The notes beneath the pieces are model-generated. The model worked only from the letters and a program-made list of their open reading frames with translations, did no database searches and was not told the origin of the DNA. The position numbers and the translations under genes were made by a program. A stretch of 20,197 bases of DNA, counting the filler, from Dicyema japonicum (taxonomy: Eukaryota; Animalia; Dicyemida), in NCBI GenBank assembly GCA_011109175.1. It is 3 parts of 3 records of this genome, joined end to end, with 100 filler letters (N's around TTAATTAATTAA, not from the genome) between each part and the next. Parts side by side here need not be neighbours in the genome. Positions count along the whole stretch, not along the records: positions 7,375 to 11,762 come from RDEW01000057.1; positions 11,863 to 20,197 come from RDEW01000162.1; 1 more part is not named here. The stretch is one strand, 5' to 3'. This document shows positions 10,424 to 19,271 of this stretch, one piece after another. Every line of letters begins with the position of its first letter. Positions within the stretch are counted from its first letter, which is position 1.

Positions 10424-11244
10424 CTAAAACGAAATAATAAAATAACACAAACGCAAGTAGCTCAACAGTATTTTCGCCGAGACAAAGATGTTCACCAGCT
10501 AAAAGATTCATTTGTAAATGATATCTTAAAAATTTTTATCTTACCTAAGCTCTTACTCTTTAAATTTGAACGGAATAAAAACCGATCCTCTCGGCATAAT
10601 CCTAAAAATTGAATTAATTATTTTGGTTAAACATTAAGCGAAGTGGAGCATCAGAAAAAGTATTGATATCGATGTAACGAAGCATACTACAGCCACGCAG
10701 AAATCAATAGAATAGAAATAACAAATATACATGCACGATAATGATTTGAGTCCTTTAAACGAACCTTCAACTAGTTTGTCTAAAAATTGAATTAATTATT
10801 TTGGTTAAACATGAAGCGAAGTGGAGCATCAGAAAAAGTATTGATATCGATGTAACGAAGCATACTACAGTCACGCAGAAGTCAATAGAATAGAAATAAC
10901 AAATATACATGGCCGATAATGATTTGAGTCCCTTAAACGAACCTTCAACTAGTTTGTGCAAAGAGTCACCAGTGCAATTACTATATATCATTTTAAAAAG
11001 TTACAAGGATTCAAGAGAAATCAAATTCGTAAATCGTGGATTTTCTGTGAATGTGACACGTTTAGAAATTTCGTGTCCTTCTAAATACTCCCGTTTAAGG
11101 TTGTCATTATAGAAACAGTCGAAGCTGAAATATATAATAATAAATTCACATTTTAGCCGAAGACCAGCGTGCATTAGAAATATTACAATCCTGCATGGGG
11201 ATGAAAAATTGAAATAATCCTATGAAGATCAAGATGGCAATCAT
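10227..11244 (-). CDS. Secreted leucine-rich-repeat protein, 8 exons, ~215 aa when the 178-bp duplication is collapsed
   Basis: Exons 11244-11150, 11124-11005, 10980-10909, 10882-10811, [duplication], 10601-10557, 10524-10453, 10423-10335, 10309-10227. Introns are 25, 24, 26 (GT-TG; alternative 44-nt GT-AG), 31, 32, 29 and 25 nt, nearly all phase 2, with three 72-nt (24-aa) exons. Product: MIAILIFIGLFQFF (signal-like)...FTNLISLESFNCTGDSLHKLVEGSFKGLKSLSAILLRDCSMLRYIDINTFSDAPLRFM...ICNTCEPTVTNNILCLPDLNLKIVLKV*. Confidence 0.75.
10602..10957. repeat. 178-bp tandem duplication within LRR gene
   Basis: 10602-10779 and 10780-10957. Both tiny introns are identical between copies and the differences lie in exon sequence. 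Confidence 0.95.
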
Positions 11245-11334
11245 TAAAAGAATTAGAACATATTAATTTTATTTAAAATAAATTAATTAATGCAATTAAA
11301 TCTAAAATTAATAAAACAAAATTATTTTATAAGG

Positions 11335-11762
11335 AGGAGGTGGCTAAACTACCCCGCGCAGTGGTATTTTATATGGCCTGTACTGAAAATGTATCAATAT
11401 TAGTGAGCACAACAAAATTAAAAAGCCTTCAAAAATTTTGCCAGCGACAACGAATATAAGAAGTATTGCAAATATATTTTCTTCGAATAAATGGAATAAG
11501 ACTATGCAGATAAGCATGTTAAGCATTAAAAGAATTAGAACATATTAATTTTATAAATTTATTTGATCTATTACAGGGGATGGTCAAACTTCGCCCCGTG
11601 GTGGTATTTATCCGGCCTGCAAGAAAGTTTACGAAAATTGGTTTTAGTTTTTAATCATGTAATAAATCATGTCATTCAAGTGGTTAATTTAATCGGAAGA
11701 CAATTCAAGATATATTTGGAAGATATTGAGACAAAATATAAATTTTATTATTTTTTGTTTCA
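11335..11762 (+). mobile_element. Two related hAT (Charlie-like) terminal fragments interleaved with a paralogous LRR first-exon remnant
   Basis: CAGGGGATGGTCAAACTTCGCCCCG...TCCGGCCTGC at 11574 and a degenerate GGTGGCTAAACTACCCCG...TGGCCTGTAC at about 11339. The motif CATTAAAAGAATTAGAACATATTAATTTTA (start codon and upstream sequence) occurs at 11242 and 11524. Confidence 0.55.
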
Positions 11763-11862
11763 NNNNNNNNNNNNNNNNNNNNNNNNNNNNNNNNNNNNNN
11801 NNNNNNTTAATTAATTAANNNNNNNNNNNNNNNNNNNNNNNNNNNNNNNNNNNNNNNNNNNN
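11763..11862. other. Assembly gap with TTAATTAATTAA linker
   Basis: N-run flanking TTAATTAATTAA. Confidence 0.95.
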
Positions 11863-11948
11863 AAATTAATTTTATATTTTTATTATTTTAATAATTTATA
11901 TTTTAATTAATTAAACATTTGTAATTGGTTAATTTACATAGCAATAGT

Positions 11949-12535
11949 ATGAAAAAGGAAGTTAAATATAATTTATTGATGTACGCTTTTGTATCGTGGA
12001 AATTTGTGGAAGTATATCACAGGAAATCTGCACTTGGTAACTTATGGTTTTTTAAAATACATTGTAGCACACTGTATTATTGTTGACCTAAACTAATGTA
12101 TCGAATTTGAAGACTTCATTTTTCCAGAACAACCGGTGACGAACTATCGAACTCAATTTGAATGAGTCCATCCTAATGATTTGAATAAATCACTAATTTT
12201 CCGCCATGCTAGAGAAAGTATTTATGAAATATTGCAAGTAATAAATGTTTGTTTTATATTTTTAGGATAAAATAGTCATCGGTCACGACCTTGGTCAGTT
12301 CTTTTCTTGCCTGAACTTCAATATTAAATATTCCAACTGTTTCGACACTTATTTATGTCAGGAACTGTTGAATATAATGAAGAAGGCCGGCAGTGAGAAG
12401 AAGACACTGAGAGAGATGGCCAGAGTCATTCTTGGAATGAAATTTGACAATTATAACTCGCGGGGCAGAATAAGAGCTGCTCGGGGTCTGTATTTATTCG
12501 TTGAATCGATAAGAACGAACACTCTAGATTGGTAA
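11949..12535 (+). pseudogene. REX4/ISG20/AEN-like DEDDh exonuclease-fold pseudogene
   Basis: Three exons (introns 12037-12067, 31 nt; 12238-12265, 28 nt). Motifs KSALAHCIIVD, PEQPVTNYRT, ILQDKIVIGHDL, FDT, TLREMARVILG, RAARGLY align with the REX4 pattern. In-frame stops TAA 12094-12096 and TGA 12163-12165. Confidence 0.75.
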
Positions 12536-13061
12536 ATACATTTGTTTTTTGTTTAAATTTGACAATTAGGTTGAATATATTTAGTTTGTTTTGAACTGTA
12601 ATTTTTCTGTAGAAAAAATGTTCGGAAGTTAGGAAGGAAGAATAGATATTTCCAAATTATATTTATTTTCTCTTTTTTTGTAAATTAACATTTGACAAAT
12701 TCAACTCACCTTAAATCTCAATGATCAAATTATTGAATCTTCAACAAATGGAAGATTCTTAACTATTAAATCACTTTTTGCTTTCACAATTAAACAAATT
12801 GTGAAAATACCAATAAGACGAAATGTTGATATTACAAGAAAAAAACAAGCAGATAATTTTCGACGTTTATAAATTGAAGATAGAGCATCCTTTTTTTGAT
12901 GAAATGTCTGAAATAAATATTGATAATTGACTCTTTTTATCGAAAAATGCTCAAATTTGTTTCTCTTGGCGAAAATTAATAAATAGATAAATTGATTCTT
13001 TAGAAAATGTTGTTTTGATTTCCGTGAAAACGCTAGTTCTTGGAGGTTCAACGTTAATAGT

Positions 13062-13480
13062 TGCCAGATAGAGATAGATAGATAGAATGCACGTCCGCGT
13101 TACCAGTAAACAGTGTTTATGGTTTCGCTTGTGCCAGTCACACAGTTTTTTAAGATCAAGAGAACAAGAGAGTTAATTATTTAATTAATTCCGAGGTAGG
13201 AAGTCCGTTAGTTATTCTTGTCTTATAGTTTCTTTTTCTTGTAGTGCGGCTTTTCTAGACGTAGGATCCTTTATTAATAAAAGGAAACTTAATAATTGCC
13301 TAAGAGCTGGGCCTTCAAAGTGAGCAGGGGATGTTCTTCCTCCTCTTCTCTAACTAGACCTCCGAGAAAGTACAGTCCATCGCCTCTCGCGGAGTAAATG
13401 TCAGGAAAGGCTCGCATCGGCCTGCATAATACGAGATACCTCCAAGTTTGATCGACTCCTTCACATTAAATTGGGTAGCA
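13062..13480 (-). mobile_element. Possible degenerate LINE 3' end with (TCTA)n tail
   Basis: GC-richer degenerate coding-like stretch ending in a GATA/TCTA microsatellite at about 13066-13084. No decisive motif. Confidence 0.3.
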
Positions 13481-13531
13481 CTCAGACGATACATAAGAAA
13501 CACGTAGCCTTTTATGGTCGCAAGGTGTGTA

Positions 13532-13765
13532 CTACGCGTTTTTCCAACAGCAAGGATGGCAGGCTTCTTTTGGGATACACTCACTCAACAAGGTGTCGTG
13601 CTTCTGGTATTTATAAAATACATGCTTCACGAAATAAAGCTCGAAATAAATTATAACCTTTCTGTATGTTTTTTTAGATTTTTCAAATCGGTCGATAAAA
13701 AATACATCTAATTGAAATTTTTTAATTTCGTCAAGTTCATTTTTAGTAAGTTTAAGCAAAACCAT
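13532..13765 (-). CDS. Hypothetical small protein or gene 5' remnant
   Basis: ATG after an AT-rich intergenic region, possible in-frame 33-nt GT-AG intron. No recognisable motif. Confidence 0.25.
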   Translation of the reverse strand: MVLLKLTKNELDEIKKFQLDVFFIDRFEKSKKTYRKVIIYFELYFVKHVFYKYQKHDTLLSECIPKEACHPCCWKNA

Positions 13766-13990
13766 TTCTGAAAAATAAGTTTTACCAATAATACTTATTA
13801 TTTTTTCAAATTGGAAAATTTAGATAACAAAAGCGAGATTAATTCAAAAAAAATCTTTAATAAATTACAAAAATAATTAGGAGAATCCAAAAATCTAATA
13901 AAAATTAATTGGAAAAAATATTTATTTTTTTAAAATAACGTTGAAGGGGAATTATCCAACCCGTGACATTTTATGTGTAAACCCAGGGAA

Positions 13991-14566
13991 TTAGGATTCC
14001 CCAGTGGCTGCACCGCGGATAGCAAACGAGTTACCTCGCAAGATTGCTATCGATACCCTCTGGTACAGCTGGTTTCCCGGTGGTCACTGCTCTGCTTCCC
14101 AATGAGCTTCCCAATGACCGAGAGAATCCTCTTCCCCGCGGGCCCAATCACTCCACTCGTCTCCACGGCAATTGGGACGAAGTTGTATGCGTCAGGAAGC
14201 GATGCGTACTTCCTCCGTTTGGTTTCCTCGGCCCGGTGAGACGCGAAGCCAGGACACGACGCAGACTGAGTAACGGTCCCCGGAGCAAAAGTGTCCGCAC
14301 AGGTTACATCCCATACGAGGCACTTCCCCTCGCTGAATGGGAAGACCGTCATTCCGTCCGGCCGCTTGCCGTCTCCGCGATCAAGACCGGCAGGCTCCAG
14401 AACCGAAGGAAAGCCTGCGGCATTAAGAGCCCGTTTGACGACGTTGTTCAAACACGAGTGTCTCGGGGTACGTCCAGCGCTTAACCGGCAGGAAAGAGGG
14501 TGGAGACCATCCGAGTCTATCAACTGCCCGCACTTGCACGTGTGGGGGTGGCAAAGAGGCGAACTG
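13991..14566 (-). mobile_element. CRE-clade retrotransposon RLE region, copy 2 (5'-truncated, one frameshift near C-terminus)
   Basis: PLCHPHTCKCGQLIDSDGLHPLSC, RHSCLN, RPDGMTVFPF..GKCLVWDVTC, AEETKRRKY, FVPIAVETSG. After a frameshift, LYQRVSIAILRGNSFAIRGAATGES* ends at 13991. Confidence 0.9.
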
Positions 14567-14736
14567 ACTCATCATCCAAGAGTAATCGCTTCAATATTGT
14601 TTGAACTCAAATTTCTAAGGATGTTTTCAAATAGAACAGGCTTGTTGTTGGATGAGTTGTTCTTTTACTTTAAAATTGTTTTCTACACAGCCTGATCTTT
14701 TAAGAACACAAATCAGAAAAAAATAAATTGTGAAAA

Positions 14737-17238
14737 TCAAATATCAGGACGCTTTTTTAAAATATGATGAATTTTGGCATTCCCCAACACACGAATATTC
14801 AATCTGCTCAATAAAAGATTCAAGTCTTCAAAGTCAGGTGACATTGCAGTATTTTGGCACAGAATCACCAACTTGACCAATAGTTTAGCAGTCACCATAT
14901 CAATCTGTAGAAGAGTAATCGCATCCTGACAACTAAACTCAACAATATAAATTACAGTGCAAAAAAGTCATCGAGATTGTCTGAATAGCAACATTTGTAT
15001 TTCGTAAATAACTCTTCTACCAAACAATCTTTGATCTCAAAACTTATCCTCCTCGCGCCAGATGCCCCAAAACTGGTCTGACCAATAATCTTTTTATAAA
15101 CATGTAGCCAACTAACCTTATCAAAAAGCCATTTGTCAACCCTACAAGCTATAACTCTAACCAATGTCCAAAAGACTGACTCTGAAACTCTCCCTTTTCC
15201 ATCTTCTAGGGCAGATTCAATGCTCAAGTACACCTTCTGTGCACCCTCCGACATAACCAGAACTGAATCCGAGCCCTTACTCGAAATCCAACTAGAATTT
15301 ACAAACTAATATCACTTTTCTGATAGCCAAATCCCAACTATCAAATCCAACTGACCTACAATTTTCCCCGCCAAAACATCCACGAATTTATCTATCGATA
15401 CACCAACTTGTGTAATTATGACATCAAAGGGCCCTCGAGTGTAAAAATCGTCACACTCCAGTGATAATAAACAGGAAAAAGCAGAACAAAAATCCTAGAA
15501 ATGGTTTCAAAACATTTCAACCATGTGGAAGTTCAATTCATAAAATAAACTACAAATCTCGCCAAGGAAATTAAGGCCGGTGTACAACTTGTCAGTCAGG
15601 AGTGCAGGTTTGGCTGTTTTTGTGATTTCCTTTACCAAATCGCAGGTTACTTTAAAGAGGATATCATATAATTCATATTTAAACTTTATGTCACAAGCAA
15701 TGGAAATTCTTTCTGCCACAATTATTACCAAACTCATTACCAACCCCGAATTGAGGTCACCAGCCAAGAAAATTCATTCACAATACTTCTGCCTCCAGAA
15801 CCGTCATCAATTCGCTTCAAAATATTCCTCATTTTTCTCTTAATACCTGCACGAATAAACATATACAGCTAACAATCATCCTCAATTCGAATCCAAGCAG
15901 ATCGAAAACGTTCATTTCCAGTTAAATAGTCAATAAGGACACAACTGGAGGAAACATTGGTCAATTTGGCCAGTCTAGCTTGAAAAAGCACCAATTCGTC
16001 AATATAATGAGACAGCAAGTAGTCATCTCCAAGCAGGTCATCCAAATCAGCATCAATCTTACTTACAACAGCACTCAGTAGAAAATGTATAAAGTCGTTC
16101 TCGAATATTATATACATCTACTACTTGTAAATTGATTGAGTATTTGGGCAGAATTAAAGGCTGTAATTGGAGGGTTAGAAACTCCACGTTGTTCAAAATC
16201 CAGGAATAAACTTTCTGGAGATACCATTCTGGTCGGGATAGAGAGTTGGTTTGAGACTTAGATGTAAAATGGTAGCGAAATCTTTTCAAAAAAGGCTCAG
16301 CCAAAGTTTTAGAAATCAGAGAAATATGAATATTGTTCGACTCAGTTTTATTCGACTGTGAAAAATAAGTTGACTGTTTTCTTAAAGTTACATGCCAGAA
16401 GATACTCAAAAAAGTGAAAATACTCAAAAATAGTTCGAAATTTGACCGAATCCAGTTTCTTTGGACTTTCTGGAGGATCTGTGTTGAGATTTGGGAAATC
16501 GTCTTTCACAATACTCCACAATTCGCTGCTTTATATAAAATTGTCTTACCCAGACAGAAATTCAATCATATTTTGTTGCACATATTTTTGTGATTTGTCC
16601 ACAAAGTCGAGGATTTTTTGGGATTTTGTAGCTTCAAGAAGAAGGGAAATATCAAAAATAGACTTACCATATTTGACCGCTTCAGTAAAATGTTCAAAAG
16701 TTATGTTTTTTAAGGCCAAACCAGTTAGAATTACTCAATTACATATCATACACCAGACTACTTATTTTTTGGCCAGAACATAAAAAGGCAGCTGCTAAAA
16801 GCGATTTCTTCTGTTCAGACACACTCTCGCCCATTTCCTCGAGTGTATGAGGAATCTTGAGTTGAGTGTGGTCAATGGTGAGTAACTTCCGTTTGTTTAT
16901 TATGCAATTTATTTGTTCCTTAAGACCACATAAGTCTGATTTTAACTTGGCTAATTCCTTCGGTAAATGAAGGTCATCAAAATTAACCTGTCTAGTTGAA
17001 TATAAAAAAGTACATTTATTGCAGAAATATCATTTTCAAGAGATTTTCTGAGGCTATTCATTGTCCGGTAAATGAAGGTCATCAAAATTAACCTGTCTAG
17101 TTGAATATAAAAAAGTACATTTATTGCAGAAATATCATTTTCAAGAGATTTTCTGAGGCTATTCATTGTCTCGTGTCCGGGAATGACAGCCCCGATAGTA
17201 TTATTTAGATAGGATACGAGGTCTTCCACATCACTCAT
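14737..17238 (-). CDS. RINT1: RAD50-interacting protein 1 / Tip20 (NRZ/Dsl1 ER tethering complex), multi-exon
   Basis: PFLKRFRYHFTSKSQTNSLSRPEWYL.KVYSWI, DDYLLSHYIDELVLF, FGASGARRISFEI and CQDAITLL match RINT1 motifs. Tiny introns include 14933-14955, 15292-15315, 15495-15521, 15713-15744, 15847-15873 and 16100-16124. Stop TGA at 14737-14739. The junction near 16350-16430 is not fully resolved. Confidence 0.9.
16961..17170. repeat. Exact 105-bp tandem duplication in RINT1 exon1/intron1/exon2
   Basis: 16961-17065 = 17066-17170. Confidence 0.95.
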
Positions 17239-17379
17239 TTGAAAATATTTATTATTAAATATAATATCATAAAGGTTAAATTTTTATCACTTGTATTAAT
17301 ATTAAATATATACATAAACATTTTATGAATATTTATTTATGTATGATTTTTAATCAAATAATTAATATAGACTCCGGTT

Positions 17380-17700
17380 CATGTTTCATGTTTGTTTATG
17401 GGAGCTGATTGTCGAATATTCAAATATCAAACTAGCCAAGGATACTCATCCCTCCTTTTTAAAATTTATCCCAGGCCCGTATTGAGGCTTCCGGGTTTCA
17501 TTTGAAACATTAAATCCTCAAAGTCGAGAGGGGGGAGAGGTTTATTGGGTGGGTGAGGGATTCATCCTATAATAAAATTTCAGACGGATTGAAACGAGTC
17601 GTCGTCGTTGTAATGTACCGAATTCAAAAGCTTGGTTTGTACAGAACAAACCTCAGAAATTTTTGATTAATAAATTCTTGACCCTTGATTATACATCCCA
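17380..17700 (+). pseudogene. Possible degenerate gamma-glutamylcyclotransferase-like gene, divergent from RINT1
   Basis: FMFVYGS*, ARI.GFRVSF...GG, a frame-preserving 31-nt GTGAG...TTTCAG intron, then RVVVVVMYRI. Several stops; similarity is weak. Confidence 0.25.
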
Positions 17701-17728
17701 TTGATCTTATGGTTTCAAAAACTAAAAA

Positions 17729-17800
17729 GGGGATGTGGTTTAGTGGTATGATGTCTGCTTCGCATGCGGAAGGTCCCGGGTTCGATTCCCGGCATCTCCA
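17729..17800 (+). tRNA. tRNA-Ala(CGC): tRNA-Ala (anticodon CGC)
   Basis: GGGGATG/CATCTCC acceptor stem with G3:U70, anticodon stem TCTGC/GCGGA with loop TTCGCAT, T-arm CCGGG-TTCGATT-CCCGG, discriminator A, followed by a TTTTT Pol III terminator. Confidence 0.95.
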
Positions 17801-17934
17801 TTTTTAAGAATTTATTAAATTTCCAACCATTATCTTCTTCAAATAATGTTTAGGGCAGAAGGTATTTTTTTAACATTATGATTAATTTAATGTTTTGGGC
17901 AGAAGGTCTTATTTATTTTCTTATTTATTATTTC

Positions 17935-18200
17935 GGACGCCTTTGAGTTTGCCCCCTCGCCTTCGAAACTTCCGGAATCGTCGCCAGGACTGCTACTCAA
18001 CTCCTCGCCGACATTGGTAGGAAAATCTCTTCGAAAACAAACGACTGGGGAGAGACGAGCTGGCTTTTCCAGCGAATCTCGGTCGCTCTGCTCCGCGGAA
18101 ACTGCCACTCAATACGCAGTGCGGCGTTGTTGAGCTGACCCTCAGGCTCTCGACTATTCTCTTAGCTTCTTACTAGCATCTAATTTTGTTTTCTTTAAAT
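17935..18200 (+). mobile_element. CRE-clade retrotransposon extreme 3' fragment, copy 3
   Basis: Plus strand AFETSGIVARTATQLLADIGRKISSKTNDWGETSWLFQRISVALLRGNCHSIRSAALLS* (TGA 18136-18138). Confidence 0.85.
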
Positions 18201-18239
18201 GATAATTATATTTTCATATAAATTAATTCGTCCTAAACG

Positions 18240-19263
18240 GAAAAGAGTTAACAATTGAGATAGTTGCCCCTGAGAAGCTGAAATCGAGATCCTTTCGAAG
18301 ATCCTCGTCATCTTTCGCCCGAAACCTTCTCTATAAATGAACCAATTCGTCTGGGTAGGTTCTGAATAGAACGTTTCTGCATTCCTGACGTCTCGGGTGC
18401 CAGGAAGACAAACTGCTATTCCTGAATCCAACGCATTTCTAAACTTTTTTTCTCCGTCTCTTTCAGATGGAACTCTAGGATTTTCGATTGATAATTTCTG
18501 GTCGGAAAAAGAGTTTACTCACTTGACGTTTCAAACTGAACACTTTTTTCTCTGATAAAGAAAGGTGATCATCCCATCGGGTCTTCTGGCGTCCTCGGCA
18601 AAGATCTTTGCATGCTCTAATTGATAGCGAAAACAAGAAGTTCGGAGAGACCGACAGATGATCTGGTTAAGTTTGGCATATCGTGAGGATCGTTCAATTC
18701 TGGTACGACATGAAATTGTCTGTACGTAAATTGAGCGGAATTGTTATTTGGCTGAAACGGGTAGGGCGAGGCGTAGGAAGACTCTGATTCTCACTTATTC
18801 GTTGTCCAGACGGCAGCCAGTTATCTCACAAGGGCAGCAGTCCAACCAATCACCGTTCAGGGGCTGGCTACTCATTTTTAAGCAACATGTTTGCCTCGGT
18901 CCACGCGATCATCTAATCTTTCTTACGCTTTGCCGTTGATTAGCGATGTCCACTGCGATCGGCGGGTTATATTTGATTGAATTACAATCCCAATTCTCTC
19001 CAAGTGACCAAGAAATTGTGCCTACCAGACGACTCCTCTGTTCATTGTATTGAGAGAGAACAGTCATTTCTCTAGATGAGAAGAAATATGTTCCCTGCGC
19101 TGAGTCAACTGCGATGGCCAGATCCTCAATATACAGTAGCTTTGTATAAGGTAGCTTTGAGATTGATAGCCGGTTCCTTAGTAGGAAGAGTTCAATCTGA
19201 ATATCGAACAGTGTAACTTTTCCGAAAGGATAGAAATATACGCGCAGAAGGCTTATTCGAGTA
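18240..19263 (-). mobile_element. Highly degenerate CRE-clade retrotransposon, copy 4
   Basis: Across stops and frameshifts: GDWLDCCPCEITGCRLDNE*VRI..FLRLALP, RYAKLNQII.RSL, RRPDGMITF, FVFLAPETSG, RIGSFIEKVSG, FERISI.LLRGN. Cut at its 5' side by the hAT element. Confidence 0.8.
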
Positions 19264-19271
19264 AGCTAGAC

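Noticed and set aside
12094-12165. In-frame TAA/TGA as stop-codon reassignment or selenocysteine
   Set aside because: TAA and TGA terminate other genes in the window (LRR gene, RINT1). The TGA falls at a conserved Gly position, consistent with a GGA>TGA mutation.
12560-13051. ORF 12725..13051 with nearby splice-like signals
   Set aside because: Low-complexity AT-rich translation with no motif and no coherent exon chain.
13973-14695. Long plus-strand ORFs overlapping CRE copy 2 (similarly 858..1181, 9491..9781, 17887..18108)
   Set aside because: Antisense shadow frames of GC-richer retrotransposon coding sequence.
15713-15790. Apparent frameshift and stop in RINT1
   Set aside because: Resolved by a 32-nt GT-AG intron (15713-15744) giving NEFSWLVTSIRERI, which fits the RINT1 pattern.
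5766-17170. Tandem repeats as a CRISPR-like or programmed array
   Set aside because: Only two units each, unrelated to one another, eukaryotic context, and best explained as assembly overlaps.
17630-17670. Hairpin GGTTTGT/ACAAACC followed by Sm-like AATTTTTGA (possible SL RNA or snRNA)
   Set aside because: The motif is common in AT-rich DNA and no U1, U2, U4, U5 or SL hallmark sequences are present.
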